Positions 37,914 through 52,077 of a stretch of DNA of 64,000 nt are shown in pieces (within the stretch, counting starts at the first letter, position 1; the number at the start of each line of letters is the position of its first letter). The position numbers and the translations under genes were made by a program. Below the pieces are notes generated by a model. That model did no database searches. It saw only the letters and a program-made list of their open reading frames with translations, and had not been told where the DNA came from. Source of the stretch: Enoplolaimus lenunculus (lineage: Eukaryota); contig JASANG010002067.1 of NCBI GenBank assembly GCA_030248215.1, positions 1 through 64,000 on the forward strand, written 5' to 3'.

Positions 37914-38429
37914 CTATAGTGACCCAAATAAGAGGGGGTAATATAGGGGGTCCCCATTTTGATTCCCAATCAATAGAAGTCCGTATCCCTAATAAGAATT
38001 CGTAAGCGGAAAGTATCTCTGCACCTTAATAAGAATCCATAAAATGTCCAAGAGTCCGTATTCCTAATAAGAGTCCGTAAGTGGAAAGAGTCCCTAAACT
38101 CTAATAAGAGCCCATAAGTGTCAATTGTCTCCGATTGTAGTACATAAATGACTCCAGGACCGAATAAAGTTGATATCGAAACTTTAAAGTATACTCAAGT
38201 TCTGAAAGTAAATTCCTAAGCATAACCTTGTATTATCCCTCAAGCTCTTAATACAAGACAAATAAACGTTTAATTCAACGGATACTTATAATACCGGATA
38301 TATATCAGTAAAGAAGGGCGGTGGAGGACGGGTTAGAAATAAATAACAGTCCGTAACCGAATAACAAGAGGGTTACCGTCTGGAGAGGTCAAATATATAT
38401 CAGTCCCCCTCTTATTCGGGTCACTACGG
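37914..38429. mobile_element. TA-flanked MITE (Tc1/mariner/pogo-type ends)
   Basis: TA|CTATAGTGACCCAAATAAGAGGGGG ... CCCCCTCTTATTCGGGTCACTACGG|TA; internal repeats of AAGAGTCCGTA..CCTAATAAG. Solo ends of the same family at ~15180-15310 and ~17802. Confidence 0.85.
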
Positions 38430-40819
38430 TATGCACGTAATAACCGGGTCTGTAGGTACAGGAGACCAGCGAGTCTCAGCCCCACCCCTGAAAAAATTTC
38501 GCCTCATCGAAACGTTCTGCAACGCGTGTAAAGTCTTGAGAAATAAATGTCATGCCCAATAGAAAACTGTTGGTATTTTCCCTCTCCACGAGCATGTTAA
38601 TCTGGCGCTATGGGCCAGTTAATAGCTCGAAATTGCAAAATCAAAATGTTATAACTGAATAATTACAACTATTGTAAACCGCGTTATACATAGCCTCCAC
38701 AGATGTCGACCAACTCTGTTCTTTCCATGAGGTAAAATTATAAAAGTGTTTGATCGACGGCGAGACAACAGATTTGGTTACCTAATAACATCCCCTTATT
38801 TCAAATTTTGCGCACGCAGCTGCAGATCGTGCATAAACGCAGTTATTATTCCGTGTTCTTAATAACCCTTTGCAAATACTCGTAGCAAATCAATAAGACA
38901 CCGTACAAGATCCAAGTGCTTCTAACTGCCAAAGCACCCGTATTATGTTAGAAAATAATTATAAATATGACTTACGTAAAATAAAAATTTAAACTTTTTT
39001 AAATTAGGTTTGCTTTAAATGCAAGACAAAGTTTCAGAGGTAAAATCGTATGGTAAAGTATTAAAATATAATTACGAACTATCGGTATTTAAAAAGATTT
39101 ATAAAGCAGATGCTTAAACTTCACAGAGAAAAAACAATACCGCTAAATGAACTAGAGGGATGCAGTTTAAAATAGGAACTTTGTAGTCTGATCTGGTAGG
39201 GTGTTTTGTAAACCCTATCGGACGGGTTTGACTGTTCATTGTCACAACCGGTGAACGGTATCATGGCATTTCGTCGCCCATGTAAAACTTATCAACCTTC
39301 ACAGCACACCAGACATTTCATGGTTCGGCCAACAGCTCGTTCGTCCGTCCAACAGTAATTAGTTAACTCTCTGTGGTGTAAGCCGAGGGTGTACGCAAAA
39401 GTTTTACAATGAGCTAAAATATAAAAATCCTTTTTACTCGTTTCCTCATAATTTTGTGGATGCATTCCGTGCAACCTCCGAAAAAATAATTTATGCCAAC
39501 TTTCACTATTGGTCAAATAAGATGTGGGCTAACTGAGGGCACGCGCACCTTATAGATCAACAACTTGTCGTCCGTTTAGGCTTGAACCTTAGACTTAGGC
39601 ATCAGCAGCTGCGCAGTTGCGGATTCAGAAATTTCTAAAAGACATGGTCGCATGAAATATAGTTTTAAAAAACCCCGCGAGCGATGCAAACGAATTGGCG
39701 AAAGCAATTTTATACCGAAACTTTAATACAAAAAGTTTTTAATGTTGTTGGGAGCCTAGGCCAGGATGCCCCGCTGTAACAGCCAGTTGGTAAACCGACA
39801 AGTTGTTGAATAACGAGCTGTCGTAGATTTGTGGCGAGGAAACAAAAACAGCATAATACGTACATCTTTTGAATGCTCCAGCCCCCTCAAACTGAAATAA
39901 TTAAAAATGATTTACAATGGTCCATGATTGCTATAATGAAGGCAACGACCCACTGGGTATACAGTATTTGATTACGTATAAGTCATAAAGGCCGTATGAA
40001 TCTTCAAACGTTGTTCACATATTTGAAAACAGCGGCCGCATAGGCCCCATATGCAGACGATAAGCCGCATTACGCAAGTTATTTCCTTAAAAATTCGGAT
40101 CCTCCTAGAAAACTTTAGCTCAACTTGTAAATGAACCGCATGTACGACATATTTTCATCAAACTATCGAAATTTGCCAGGACCTGATGCACTTGCCATGA
40201 TCGATAATGCCTATGCGGTCATATCAACCGTAAAAGCCTTACCTATTGGAAGACATGGTTCCAGGAAGATTGAGGAACCGGGAAGCATATATATATTTAG
40301 GCTTAGGTGTAGGGATTAGGCGTAGGCTTCAAGCTTAGTTGCCAGGGCCTTATAGGTAACATTAGGCATACCTGTAATAAATGCGGATAAAATCTCTTAC
40401 AATAAATCTCGAATTTTAACATAATCATATCTATTAAACCGTTCTAAAAGTATCTGTCGTTGTAATTTTTAAATTGGAATTTAATTTATGGCTTCAGTTT
40501 ATACAGCACTATGATTATTAATATTATTGAAACACTGGGGTAGATGAAAGCACGGAACTATCCAATGGGGGGCCACTCGATCGAATACCACAGCGGGACC
40601 AAACTTGTAGCCAGAGGGGGCTTCCTTTAATGGCTTCATTCACTACACAGATCTTAAAATAACCGCTGAGTTGCTAAATGTTAATAAATTTTCTGGCTTG
40701 TTATGCTCGTTGGCGTACAATTTTACACCATAAAATGAATCACACTGCTTGTGATGTGTGATTTATTTTAAACATGGGCTCACTTTCTAGATACACCATT
40801 TTGCAACTTTTGTGTGGAA

Positions 40820-41917
40820 CAGGGTGCCACCGGATATCCGGATCCACCTCCGTCTCCGGCAAAAATCGGCATCCGGCTCCGGCTCCGGTATTTTTTCTTG
40901 CCGGATATTTGTTTAAAAAATTTGAAAAAATGAAACTAATTGACTTAGATTGACTTACTTTTATATCTTTATTGTGTTATAATTGTGTTATGTAGACCAT
41001 TTTAAAGTTTTGAATAAGGTACGTATATTGGATAGCAGGGTGGTAACGACAAGAATAGAAGATCCAAAAAGATATATGCCGTAAAAAGTGAGCTGCCAAG
41101 TTATCAATTTTATTGATTATCTGCATGCATACGTATTTATTAGAACTCAAGTAACTGAAACTACATTCACTGTGGAAACCAGTTTCATATTTGCTTCAAT
41201 CTTAAGGCGATTAATTCAGTTGAGAACAAGTGTAACTTCCCATTCGAAAATTTTTTCTCAGAACGTAGTTCCCATTCCAAAATTCTGGCTAGGCCTCTGG
41301 TTGCATGCCGGCCACTTTGTACTTTACGTTGCAGTTAACGTGGAGATAAGTCAAAACTAAGCTTAAGCGAAACAATAGCCTTAAATCCTAAGCTACATAC
41401 ACCTCTATTTTATAGTATCTCACAAAAACTGGACGCCCGACCGTAAAAGTAAGACGGGCCAAACGAATATTGTAACTGAACGCAACGTTACATAAACAGA
41501 ATAATGGAATAGGTTCATTGTTAAAGTGGACGCTTTGTCTCGAAAACACTTTTAATATACGCAGGCCACGGAAGGAAGAATTATGAGTTACGTTCTGATA
41601 TCTGAATGCTACTTAGATACTTTATTTTAGTTTTTTGCTTGAATTTCCGTTATTTATGGAAATATTTACTTAAAAATGTATGTTGGTGGTAATTTTTGAG
41701 TGATAGGCTATTAATTCACGAAAAAACTCATAGTTAGTGCGCTCAATCAGTAATTCAAACAGTAATATGATTTAATAAACCGGAATACAAACTATAAACT
41801 TATAAAGGAATATTAGATTAAATTAACAATCGAATTAACTATCCGGCTCCAGCTCCGGCTGGATATTAGATTATCCGGCTCCGGCTCCGTCAGTTTTTGG
41901 TATCCGGTCGCACCCTG
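40820..41917. mobile_element. 1.1-kb non-autonomous hAT element
   Basis: TIR CAGGGTGCCACCGGATA / TATCCGGTCGCACCCTG; perfect 8-bp TSD GTGTGGAA (40812-40819 and 41918-41925); subterminal TCCGGC repeats at both ends; no transposase ORF. Confidence 0.9.
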
Positions 41918-44900
41918 GTGTGGAACTGTTTTTGGAAGGGTGTCTTCACAGCTATCAAACACGACCGTGAACTCGGACAACCAAAGATTAAACACCGAAA
42001 AATTCTGGATCCACTACTACGCTGGGGGCCCAACCTGGAGTTTGGACGGATTCCCCATCCCGGTCGGCTCGTGCGGGGGGGTTGGGGTTACTCCCCCACA
42101 AAGCAAAACTAACGCAGAAAATTTTCTTTTACAACTTTGTATGAAATGAACATGGCACGTGTGCAAGTAGAGGGATAGGTGAGTAATGGGATATATCCCT
42201 TACGCCTACCAAAATTTTTACTAAGGTATGACTCGGATCTTTGAGGTTACAAAGTTTCTTATACATGAGATGTTATGCCGTTTTATTTGTGATTAATCTC
42301 AATTGAACAGTCGTACTCTTACATAGTTAATTTTGTTGACAAAGATCGTGGTTTGCGTGTGGATTCATGTACACGGTGCGCAATGTGTTAAAAATAAGTT
42401 TGGTACCAGTGACATTTTGGCCACCCATTCTGAGATCCCGGATCCGCCACTGCTGGCTACATGCTTGTACCACAGCTGGCTACATGGTTGTACCACAGCC
42501 GACTGGACTGATCCCAAACCAAAATCTTCAATTGAAATTAAGAACAAAATGGTGTTTGATCTTTGCAGGCTCCTGCCAGAAGAAAATTCTGCATTCGCAA
42601 TCTGGTAAAAGACATTCTTAAAAAGGTATACTTTGTAGGAAATGGCTGTATATCCATGAAACCTACGATCCGTAGGAAGAAACAGGTACATTCGCTAATT
42701 ATTGTAAGACACTAAAAGTCTCATAGACATTCTAGAATAACGGTATTGGTTTAGTTTTTCGTTCGGATGCTTGTTTAAATGTAAATAGCCGCTGTATGAG
42801 CAGTGTTTTAATTCTTAACGGATACTACTAATCTACATATGTATGCGGTATTAAAATGATTGCACGCAATAGTGATGATAGAAAAAAGCAGCAAAAAATC
42901 GCTAATGACGATATGGCTGCACGAATACTTTATAGCACAGGCACGATCTTTTGGTTTTAGTAAATCGCATTATGACTCTAGAAAAGACCTTCCAATTTAT
43001 CTTAGCAAATTCGTAGCCAGAGTGAGGCAGGGGTTCGGTGCCGTAGTCAAAAGGGGCCAGGGCGAAGTTACAGCCCTCCACTTTGGAAAAATTTTGCCCC
43101 TCCCCTAAAAATTTTTTAACCTTGTCTGTAAGGCATCGAAAACCCTTGCATGCGTATGCCCGTCCTGAAAATTTTTAGCCCCCCTCTAGAGCGGTGAGCT
43201 GGCAACGGGCATGCAAGGGAAGCTGAGCCAATCCTTGAAAAAAGATGCCCAATAGCAAAGTTTGAACATCAGTAGTAGTTATGTAAAATAATTGGATGCC
43301 GGTCGCGAAAATTTTTTAGCCCCTGAAATTTTAATTTTGAGGTTATCGGTCTGTACAACGTTAGGAATAGTGCGCGTTAACGCGGAGTGTACTATATCTT
43401 TTGCGGCATCGGTTTTGGTTTCAGACAAGTAATTGACATCTTCTTCTAACGCTGATAAAACCAAATTGAACGTGAACTTACGGGTTCAACGTGTAAAAAC
43501 AAACTGCACCACATCGAAGCAAGCATCGACAGCCTATGCAAAATTCCCTTATCACAATTCAGACAATTTGTGTACATCTGACATCTTCTCGGAGCGACAA
43601 TTTGATACCCACTATTAGGTTTAAGGTTTAGGATTAGGCAAAGGCTTAGGATTACGCTTAGGATTTTCAATACAGTATTTCCCGATAATTTGTTTAAAAC
43701 TGAAATCTTGTCGGCTCGACAATTTGATACTAATCATTAGGTTTAGGCTTATGATTAGGCAATGGCTTAAGATTACGCTTAGGACTTTCAATACAGTGTT
43801 TAGAATTACAGTAGCCATAGCATGTAACATCATAAGACATCAGATGAGATTTCCTTCGCTTTAAGCGGCCCATGCGTAGATCAGGGGCACACCGTTTTTC
43901 TGTGGGTCTGCTAAAGAGTAAACTTAAGGTTTAGACTAATTTTTGCGCCGGCTTCGGCGGCTTAGGTTTAGGTTTAGGTTTACGCTTGGGCTTAGGACAC
44001 TTCAGGCTTAGGCTTAGGAATATACGTATGCTACGGTAATGGCATTGATCCCTACGCTGGTCATTCAAGCACACGTTGATTTGATAATGTCTTCTAAAAC
44101 CAGAACGATCGCAAGAGACCGTGTTTTGTATCCTTGCTGCTGCACACAGAAATGCAACAAGAATTATGAATGATAGAAGGTAAAAGTGAAAAAACTTTTT
44201 ATTTTTTGCCATTCAAATCTTGACCTAACTTATCAGCGTGTTACTTGAATCACAAAACCCCATACTATGAATATTACGCCTTTCAAGGGCCAAATCGTTA
44301 GTTCGTAAAACTATAATTGAATAAGCCTAAGCTTTAGACTATCTTTTGCTTATGCTTATGCTTAGGCTTAGCTTATACGCTCATATTTAAACTGGCGTTT
44401 AGGCTTAGGTTTAGGATTCTGATTATATATGCTACTGTTACGCCCCTCAAAACATTGGCCCAAATTGTCCTAAACTAGACATTCGCTAATATACATAAGT
44501 AACAATTGCCAAATTGAAGTGCAAGAGCAATTAGGTATGTACAAGCGGTTGCAACAGCACTCACTGGGTTTTTTGAAAACAAGACTTATGCAGGTAGATA
44601 CTGACTGAATAAAAAAGTTAGCCACGCCCACGACATGATCAATTTACTAAAAGCAGTTTTTTAGAACCTACAATAACACTCAAATGTCTTCTAGCCGTAC
44701 AAAAGGTTAAGATAAGTTTGGATGACTTTAATCAATACTACCTGAGTAGATGTAGGTCTATATTCACTCTGTGACATTTGCGAGCTCTCGCAATCAGCTT
44801 CTGTGATAAATAAGCAACTGGGTTGTTATGCGACTACGGATCGGGCGATGTGGAGCTAGACTCAGGCCACCCCATTTACATTTCTGTTATATCTTGATCG

Positions 44901-47717
44901 GTACGTTATCTGCAAGCCGACGTTTGCTCGAAAATGGTCGTATTTGAGATTTTTTCACATTTGGGCTTCTCACGACCGCATCTGATTATTTTACACAAAA
45001 ATTTGAATTTTTGAAAAATTCGCTTTTCTTCCACAATCAGGCGATTAGCTAACGAGGTACAAAACGCACAGCTGCTCTGTTCCATATTTCCTAAGCCATT
45101 TTTTATTAAGGCAGGTAGGTAAAGTAAAAAATAATGCTTATTGGTGCGTCATTGCCGCACACATCACCTATTATACGCTTTGCTGAAAAGTTCCACTTGC
45201 ACACCGCAACCCATTTATAGTGATTGGTAATTATTGTACAGTAAAAAGTTTACCATTCTTATAAATTAGATATCACTTGTGTAGGACTGATACAAGAGAA
45301 CAGTACCTAAAGAACAGTTACAATAGATTAAACAGCTTTACAAAACCGTTTTTAAACTCTTTTCACCAATTGTTAGCGATATAAGTTAATATATTTGCTT
45401 CTATAACATTGCCAGTTACAAGGGAATTGATAAGTAGTACTTAAGTATTCCTTTGTATCCGCCAACGTGAAGTAGTCCAAGAACACGATTGCTAACAGAG
45501 CCTGAAACAAATTTTTATTAAGATTTAATGACTAAACGTACGTTTAGTTTCTCACTCGCTTCGCTCGTGAAGTTTTTTCCGCTAATATATATTTCACGCG
45601 GTCTCTAGTCAAAAATTACTGGATATGACAGCGGTTTCCAGGTAGCGAGCTGTCATTGGTTTTCCACTTGCTAAGTTTTCGGATAAAGCACTGTTTTATT
45701 TTGCCGAACTTCAAGCTGAAGTTTATTGGTTTTTATGAAGGTTTTAGGATTTTCCAACGAACAAAATGCCGAAAAAGATGTTAAAACCAAACTTTTACTT
45801 GAAGATGTTGGTTATATATTTCAACGCTGAAAGTAAAACTAAACTACATGAACACTGTTCAGAAAGCGATTTTAAGCAGTGAATATATACCGCGGGGCAA
45901 CTAGATCCTTCCAGTCAATAAACCAACAAATGATTTAGAATTGTTGCATAGGGGTTTAATACTACAATTACGTTTAGCTTCTCACGTGTTTTGCTTGCCA
46001 GCATTTTTTCATAGTTTGATGCGCGCAAAAGCGGTGGATCTAGCGTATCTATAGATCGAGTTATTCCTTCGAATCCACACAAAACTTAAATGTCTTAGTG
46101 AACACATCAATTGTATTAAATTAATGTGCTGAGTATTCCGTTCGCTTCGCACGCGAATTTTGCCTAACTCAGCATTTACTGTAACTTCTCATTGGGTCGA
46201 CTGCCTGTTTCGTACCTTCCCATCGACACAGCGGTTACAGAATCACGAGGGTGTGGAGCTGTGAGCATTAGTCCATTTTGAAATGGTCTCAAAGCCGAAA
46301 AGTAATAAGGGCATTAGGCGTTAAAAAAGGATTACACAAGCTTAGCCAGAAGCCTTTTTATCAAAACAAACGCTAACAGTCAACTACCTGTACATGCAGA
46401 ACATAGGGTAGAGTGGCATCCAAGCGTGGATAATTACTGGAGTCAAAAGATAACCACGCAGACGTTTGATTGCAGCAATCTTTGAAACTAAAATGTTTAC
46501 AGTTTCAATTTCAAAGTTACGTGCTGCGTTAAAGTTTAATTCAAACAAAATTATAATGTGCCAACTATTCAATTTCTTTACAAAATCCTTCGTCCAAGCC
46601 CGAAGCCTGCTCATCACAAATAGAAAGTCTTATTTGGCATTGGAGCCATAAGGATGGCGCCACAATTTTTGACTATTTTAATGCCTTTCGGTGCCGCCTG
46701 GCGCCGGATCACACATGCCAAACGGTGCCGGACGCTATCGAAAAATGATTGAGGTATACATAGAAAATATTTGGTTTGTTGCTGGTCGGTGTCGCACCAT
46801 ATCTAATTACACCACTTCACCAAAAGCATAGTTCAGGGACGCGGAACAGATTATTTTTTAGGGTTGTCAAGCAAAAGCACACTTTCGCTTTTGGCCGATC
46901 TGTTAGGGAATGCCGTGTTTAGCAGGATAATACGGTCAACGAAGAAGCAGAGCAGATTAATAAGTACTGCATGAGTGATACCTGTGAGAACCCAGTAATT
47001 TTTTTTGCATTTATTGTATTAAATTCCAACACTAAACCTTATGGGTTGCACTATACTCGCATAGTGCCGCCGGACGTCGTCACACGGCGCGATAAAACTT
47101 GCTCATTAAAATTATCGCACGCCACCACTAAGATTTAGTCTACATTTTTGTGACCAACGCATAACGGCGTGCGGCGTCGTCCGAGACAATAAAGTATAGC
47201 GCAATCCTAGTTTTATTGGGTTTCAGATGTTTCAGCAACACATCTTTATTTTTCTAAGCGGTGTCTACTGACACCCCAGACACATCTGCTCCCACGCGCC
47301 TGCCATGGTTTGAAGTTCCATGCTACGTTCAGTATATAATGAAATCTGCAGCATGAAGATAAATTAAATTTAACGCTTCATATAGCACTAGAGTGTAAGG
47401 TTTCAAAGCATAAATCAGTATATATTTATGTAGTAAATATTACGTGAACAAATAGTACTGCGCTTCTGATACTATTATTATTTTAGAACAAAAGTAGTGA
47501 TAATATCCAAGAAAAATCGTGCAGCATCGTCACACAGTGCGTCAATTATATACGCTTCAAACTCAAAAAATGGGCGTATATGTGTACGTAAAGGTTTCAA
47601 TAATATTAAAAGCGTACAGTTCTGGGAACAAAGGTTTAAGTTCTTGATCGTTGGTCACAAGATTAGGCTTACGTCCTGGCTTAGCCTTCGGTTTTGGAGA
47701 AAACTTAGCTAAAGCTT

Positions 47718-47945
47718 CAGGATGCAACCGGAATTATAAATAACTTTGGCAGTACACGATCAGATAATTTTAGATAAATAAGTTAAAACAATATTCCAAT
47801 TTTTCTCAAATTTTCGAGTGAGACAAATTTTAAATACCGAAAATGCCGGAAAACTCCGGTGAAAAAATACCGCATTTATTACCGGAACAGGATAGTGAAA
47901 AATACCGGATGTCCCTACCGGAACTGGAATTCCGGTTGCACCCTG
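47718..47945. mobile_element. hAT-like MITE related to the 40.8-kb element ends, inserted in a GCCTAA-rich repeat
   Basis: TIR CAGGATGCAACCGGAAT / ATTCCGGTTGCACCCTG; internal ACCGG repeats; TSD not cleanly preserved. Confidence 0.7.
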
Positions 47946-48804
47946 CTTAAAGCCCAAATCTTTGTCTGAGCCTTTAGCTAAGCCTAATTTCGAAGCTAAG
48001 TTTAAGTTTAAGCTTAATGTGAAGGGGGATAGTGCACAAGAGCCATGGTTTATATTTGTAGTTTCTTCCGGTCAGGATAACTCCAATAACGGAATTGACA
48101 AGAAATGCAGATTGTTATCGGCACAGCAGGTTGCACGAAAGAATGGCATTCGATTTTCAGCAAAATAATACAAATAAATTAAATGTCAGAATTATAGTAG
48201 GTATATACATCTTGCTGCTCTAGAAATAGCCGGTAGCTAAACGCTATTAAAGTAACTGGCTAATTATCAGATATGTATGAACACTGTTTGATAATTGAAT
48301 TTAAAAGTGATATGCGAATCAACAAAAACATTTAAAAATATAAACTCTTCTACACTTGTTACATCCAAAATTTTCGAAATTTCCACATTTTGGCACAAAT
48401 TACACTTAAGATAGGGCTCAGTATTTAATCTGGTTGCGGAAGTGTTTGAGGTGCCCAAATTTATTTTCTGTTATACATTATATTTTATTTTATATTTCCA
48501 CGTTTATGATTTCTCTATGCGTGTGACCTTATAAACCGCCTTCGTATTCTCATTTTCGCGTATTTTTAGAGACAGTCAGAGACATCAATTATTTTAGGAT
48601 GACACTATGGCAAGCTAAATTATTAATGGCGCATTAAATGCTCATCCAGGTTGGTGTTAACCTATTTGAAATATGTGCCGTAGCGAATACAACTCGTTCT
48701 GCTTTGGGTTTCGGGTCGTAGCAAGAGTGGTCAGTTCGCGTTCAGAACCACTAAGTAATTCCGCACCCCTTTAAATCTTTTAACCACGCTTGTATGTTGA
48801 AACT

Positions 48805-48960
48805 GTAAGATGCCCTTCCTAAATATTTTACTTCCCTCTCCCATTTAATCTGTTCTGGATAATGATGGTGTGTTTTTGGTTTTTTAGTAAAATTATCACT
48901 GCAGGATAAAGTTGCCCGTAGCCAGTTTCTATTGCGATGAGAAGTAACAAAGTGCCGCAA
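48805..48960 (-). pseudogene. Short degenerate non-LTR retrotransposon reverse-transcriptase fragment
   Basis: Translation ...W...F.KKPK....EQIKWEREVKYLG resembles the LINE RT C-terminal I.W...VKYLG motif; no flanking RT motifs recognised. Confidence 0.45.
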
Positions 48961-51790
48961 ATTTGACCGTTTTCACTAATGACAGGATATGAATTTTAAG
49001 GAAAGTACTAAATCCAATATATAATTAATTAATTAATGGATATTACAAACAAGTAAGGTTGCCAATTAACGGTGAGTAAATCGTATGGACACACTCTGCT
49101 ACGAGTTTAACCAATCCAAACGTAGCTTCATCAGCTATTACGCTCATTCATGAATCGATACAGAAGCACTTATGCGACGTTGCCGTAAGTCTTAGATTTC
49201 AAACTTAAAACGTATTGGCTGGGTTTCCGAATCCATACTTTAATACGACTTATTACTTAAGTATGGACTGAAGTAAATGCTTTACTATTTTACCGTTTTT
49301 AAAAGCGTACTCAACTGAAGTAAATACTTTAAAGTCGCTGGCAAAATTTGATATGCCACAAATTAACAGCACAGGCAATACTAACCTTGGTCTAATTGAA
49401 ATTTTAGACTCATAATGCCTTCTTAATATAAAACTAAACTAATAGTTAATCATGATAACAGTGGTCGATATTTGGCGTTTCTTTGGTTGTGCACGAAAAT
49501 TTAAGTATTTGCATAAGTCGGTGACGCAAGTAATTACTAAGTATAATTAAGTAATCACTTAAGTACAATTTCAGAAGCTCAGCAAATATCTATATAGCAC
49601 TTTACGATTACTAGACCAAAAATATTACGTTTACGAAAGGGGCATTCAGGGCAGAGATAATAATGAAACACCGTTTCCAAAATTCCAGATGAGACGAGAG
49701 ACAGGGCAGTCATAAGATTTGCAGTTAAACAATTTTTCTAGCGCCATACGTTTGTTGTATTAAACAAATTAAAACACTTTGAAATGCAATATTACGTTAT
49801 ACATACATACCCTCAAGATGCGAAATCTTGGCTATCTCAATCTTTACGCTGGACTTATTCGCTGTTTTTTTCAAGAAATATAAATGACAGGCCGATAAAA
49901 ACAACTTTTACTCGCAGTTTAACTTATGACCCACATTCCTAGTGATTAAACATCATTAGTCAACTTGTTTTTGCTGCTTTTAGTAGTTATTCTCAAAAAG
50001 AACTGCAATAGGTGAACGCTAATGTTTGTAGTGAACGCAGTGACCGTATTTTAAAACAGGCTGACACACATTGAAGCTTGACGGTAGACGAAAAAAGCAG
50101 ATACAGCCAACAGCATACACCAGGGGATATTCAGGATATAGTGCCACCCTCAATATTTCTGGTGACACTCGAAAAAGTCATTTTTACAGGTGGCAGCCTG
50201 AAAACGTTGAAAATTTATCTGGCTCGCTTCGCTGTCTCGCAAAGATATGGTTATATATATAAACCCTTCAAAAATAAAATACTGATCATGTCCCTGGGTG
50301 GGTACCGTACCAGCATACATTTTGCAAAATGGTTAGCGAGAATTTCAGCTCATGATTACTATTCCACTCGCATCGGGCTATTGAAAAAATATACATTTTT
50401 AACGTTGCTAAGTTTATAAACTGTTCACGATGACAGCTTTTGCACGCCCATAGCGAGATCAACCCTGGGAGGGGCATACGGTTGAAATAATTGACGAGCA
50501 AACGAGTCTAAAACTGCTCTTGGGGAACCAAAGCGTTTTTACGGCTGTGGGCTGAGTTCCTAAGACCACCATTTAGCTACTGGCTCGCTATAGTGGTAGC
50601 AACAATTCAAAGCCTGCTATAGGATTACCGAACACCTAAACCTTCAGGCGCTTTTCAGATATATTCAAATCTAGAACGTTATATAGCAAATTATTTTAGA
50701 AATGGCACTACAGTAAATATTGAATCAAGCTTTTACTAAAACAAAAGAACACCTATTGACGATATATTTAATTATGAACGGTTTCAATTGTTTAAAAACG
50801 GCTTCAAAATAATAAATTGTACATTTTTATTTTGGACCAATTTTGGCATTTTCGAAGACCATAACCAGCAAGCCGGGCTGCAGCACTTTTCCGTGAAATC
50901 GGCAAAATTATTCCGGGGCGGAGCGGTCCTTGGAAACCCCATTATAGTTTTAATGTCGCAGTTTTGCATGCAATGCAATATTTTCCAAGTTTAACAAATA
51001 ACCAATCTTTAAAAAATCAAAATTCAAAACATTTTGTCAAACTTATCTGCATTGAAATATAGAAAAAACGTTATCCTGCACGTTAAACTGCAATCGACTC
51101 AGCTTCCAGGTAAATATATTCGTAGTTCTGTTTTACTACTATTGTTTGAAACACGGAAAATTTACTAATGGAACCATTAGAGTGGTATACAAAACGCTAT
51201 TTTTAGAACGCCTTTTTAATATCACGTATTTATAAATACAAATGACACAAGCGTATGCCACAGAAGAGCAAAAGGGTTCATATATCAGGCACTTTACAGG
51301 CTTTAAAACAATCTTCTGGATCCTAAGATTCAAAAAATTTCTCGCTTTTATTACGCTTGGTCGGCGAGAAATTTTTTAAAACAAGCTTTAGCCCTCCGAA
51401 CCGAAATACTGGCGATGCCCTTGTCTACTGACGGTAGAAAACAGAAACATTCAAGTGGGCAAATGATTTCGCTTTTATTTCCGTGACGGGTTTTGATTCG
51501 GTTTTTTGAAACCTCAGGTTTTGTATTTAATGCCGCACAAAGTATAATTGTGTGGGCATTGTGTAATTTCAAATAAAAACAGAAATGGAAATAAATTATA
51601 CTAAAGCATATGATCGTTGCTGAATGAAACGTATTAAATTGATTATATCGAATCGAGTCATTAAAAGACTGTTATGAAAAACAAGGCGCCGCTTCAGGGC
51701 GTTAGGCACTCGAGAGCAAGGCAACGGATGCATTTACGAATAATAAATTTTATAGGTACAATTATGATTTTTACAGCCGCTTATTATTAA

Positions 51791-52077
51791 CCCTTTCCCA
51801 CGCGAGGGTTCTTCTAAAAGAAATTTAACTGCAAACTGTCTACGACCAATCGAAATATGATCATCAGTTTCTAGCAATTATTGCGAATATTTGCAGTATA
51901 CACACAAATCTAAAAACGGCGCAACGCAAGATGTGAGAGTCACTTCGGGCTCGAGGTAAAGCTCGTATAGCAAAATGCTGTTTGTAACTGCTTCTCAGGC
52001 AGGAGCGCACTGGTTATAACCTTAAATTTAAAATTTAGATGTCCAATGAATTAGAAAATACTCGTGCTCGAAACGGT
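51791..52077 (-). mobile_element. Highly diverged copy of the TTAA MITE
   Basis: TTAA|CCCTTTCCCAC start, internal GTGAGAG..CTTCGGGCTCGAGG..AAGCTCGTATAGC block, degenerate GAAACGG|TTTAA end. Confidence 0.55.

Noticed and set aside
39292..39516. MULE-transposase-like N..E.WH..F......HP pattern in a 74-aa ORF
   Set aside because: Too short, with an upstream stop and no other transposase motif; may be chance.
43615..44040. True telomere or chromosome-fusion site
   Set aside because: TTAGGC tracts are short, degenerate and embedded in dispersed elements, with no head-to-head perfect arrays.
49085..49145. Possible minus-strand hammerhead ribozyme (CTGATGA followed by a GCTACG/CGTAGC stem)
   Set aside because: The required GAAA after stem II is absent and I could not form stems I and III.
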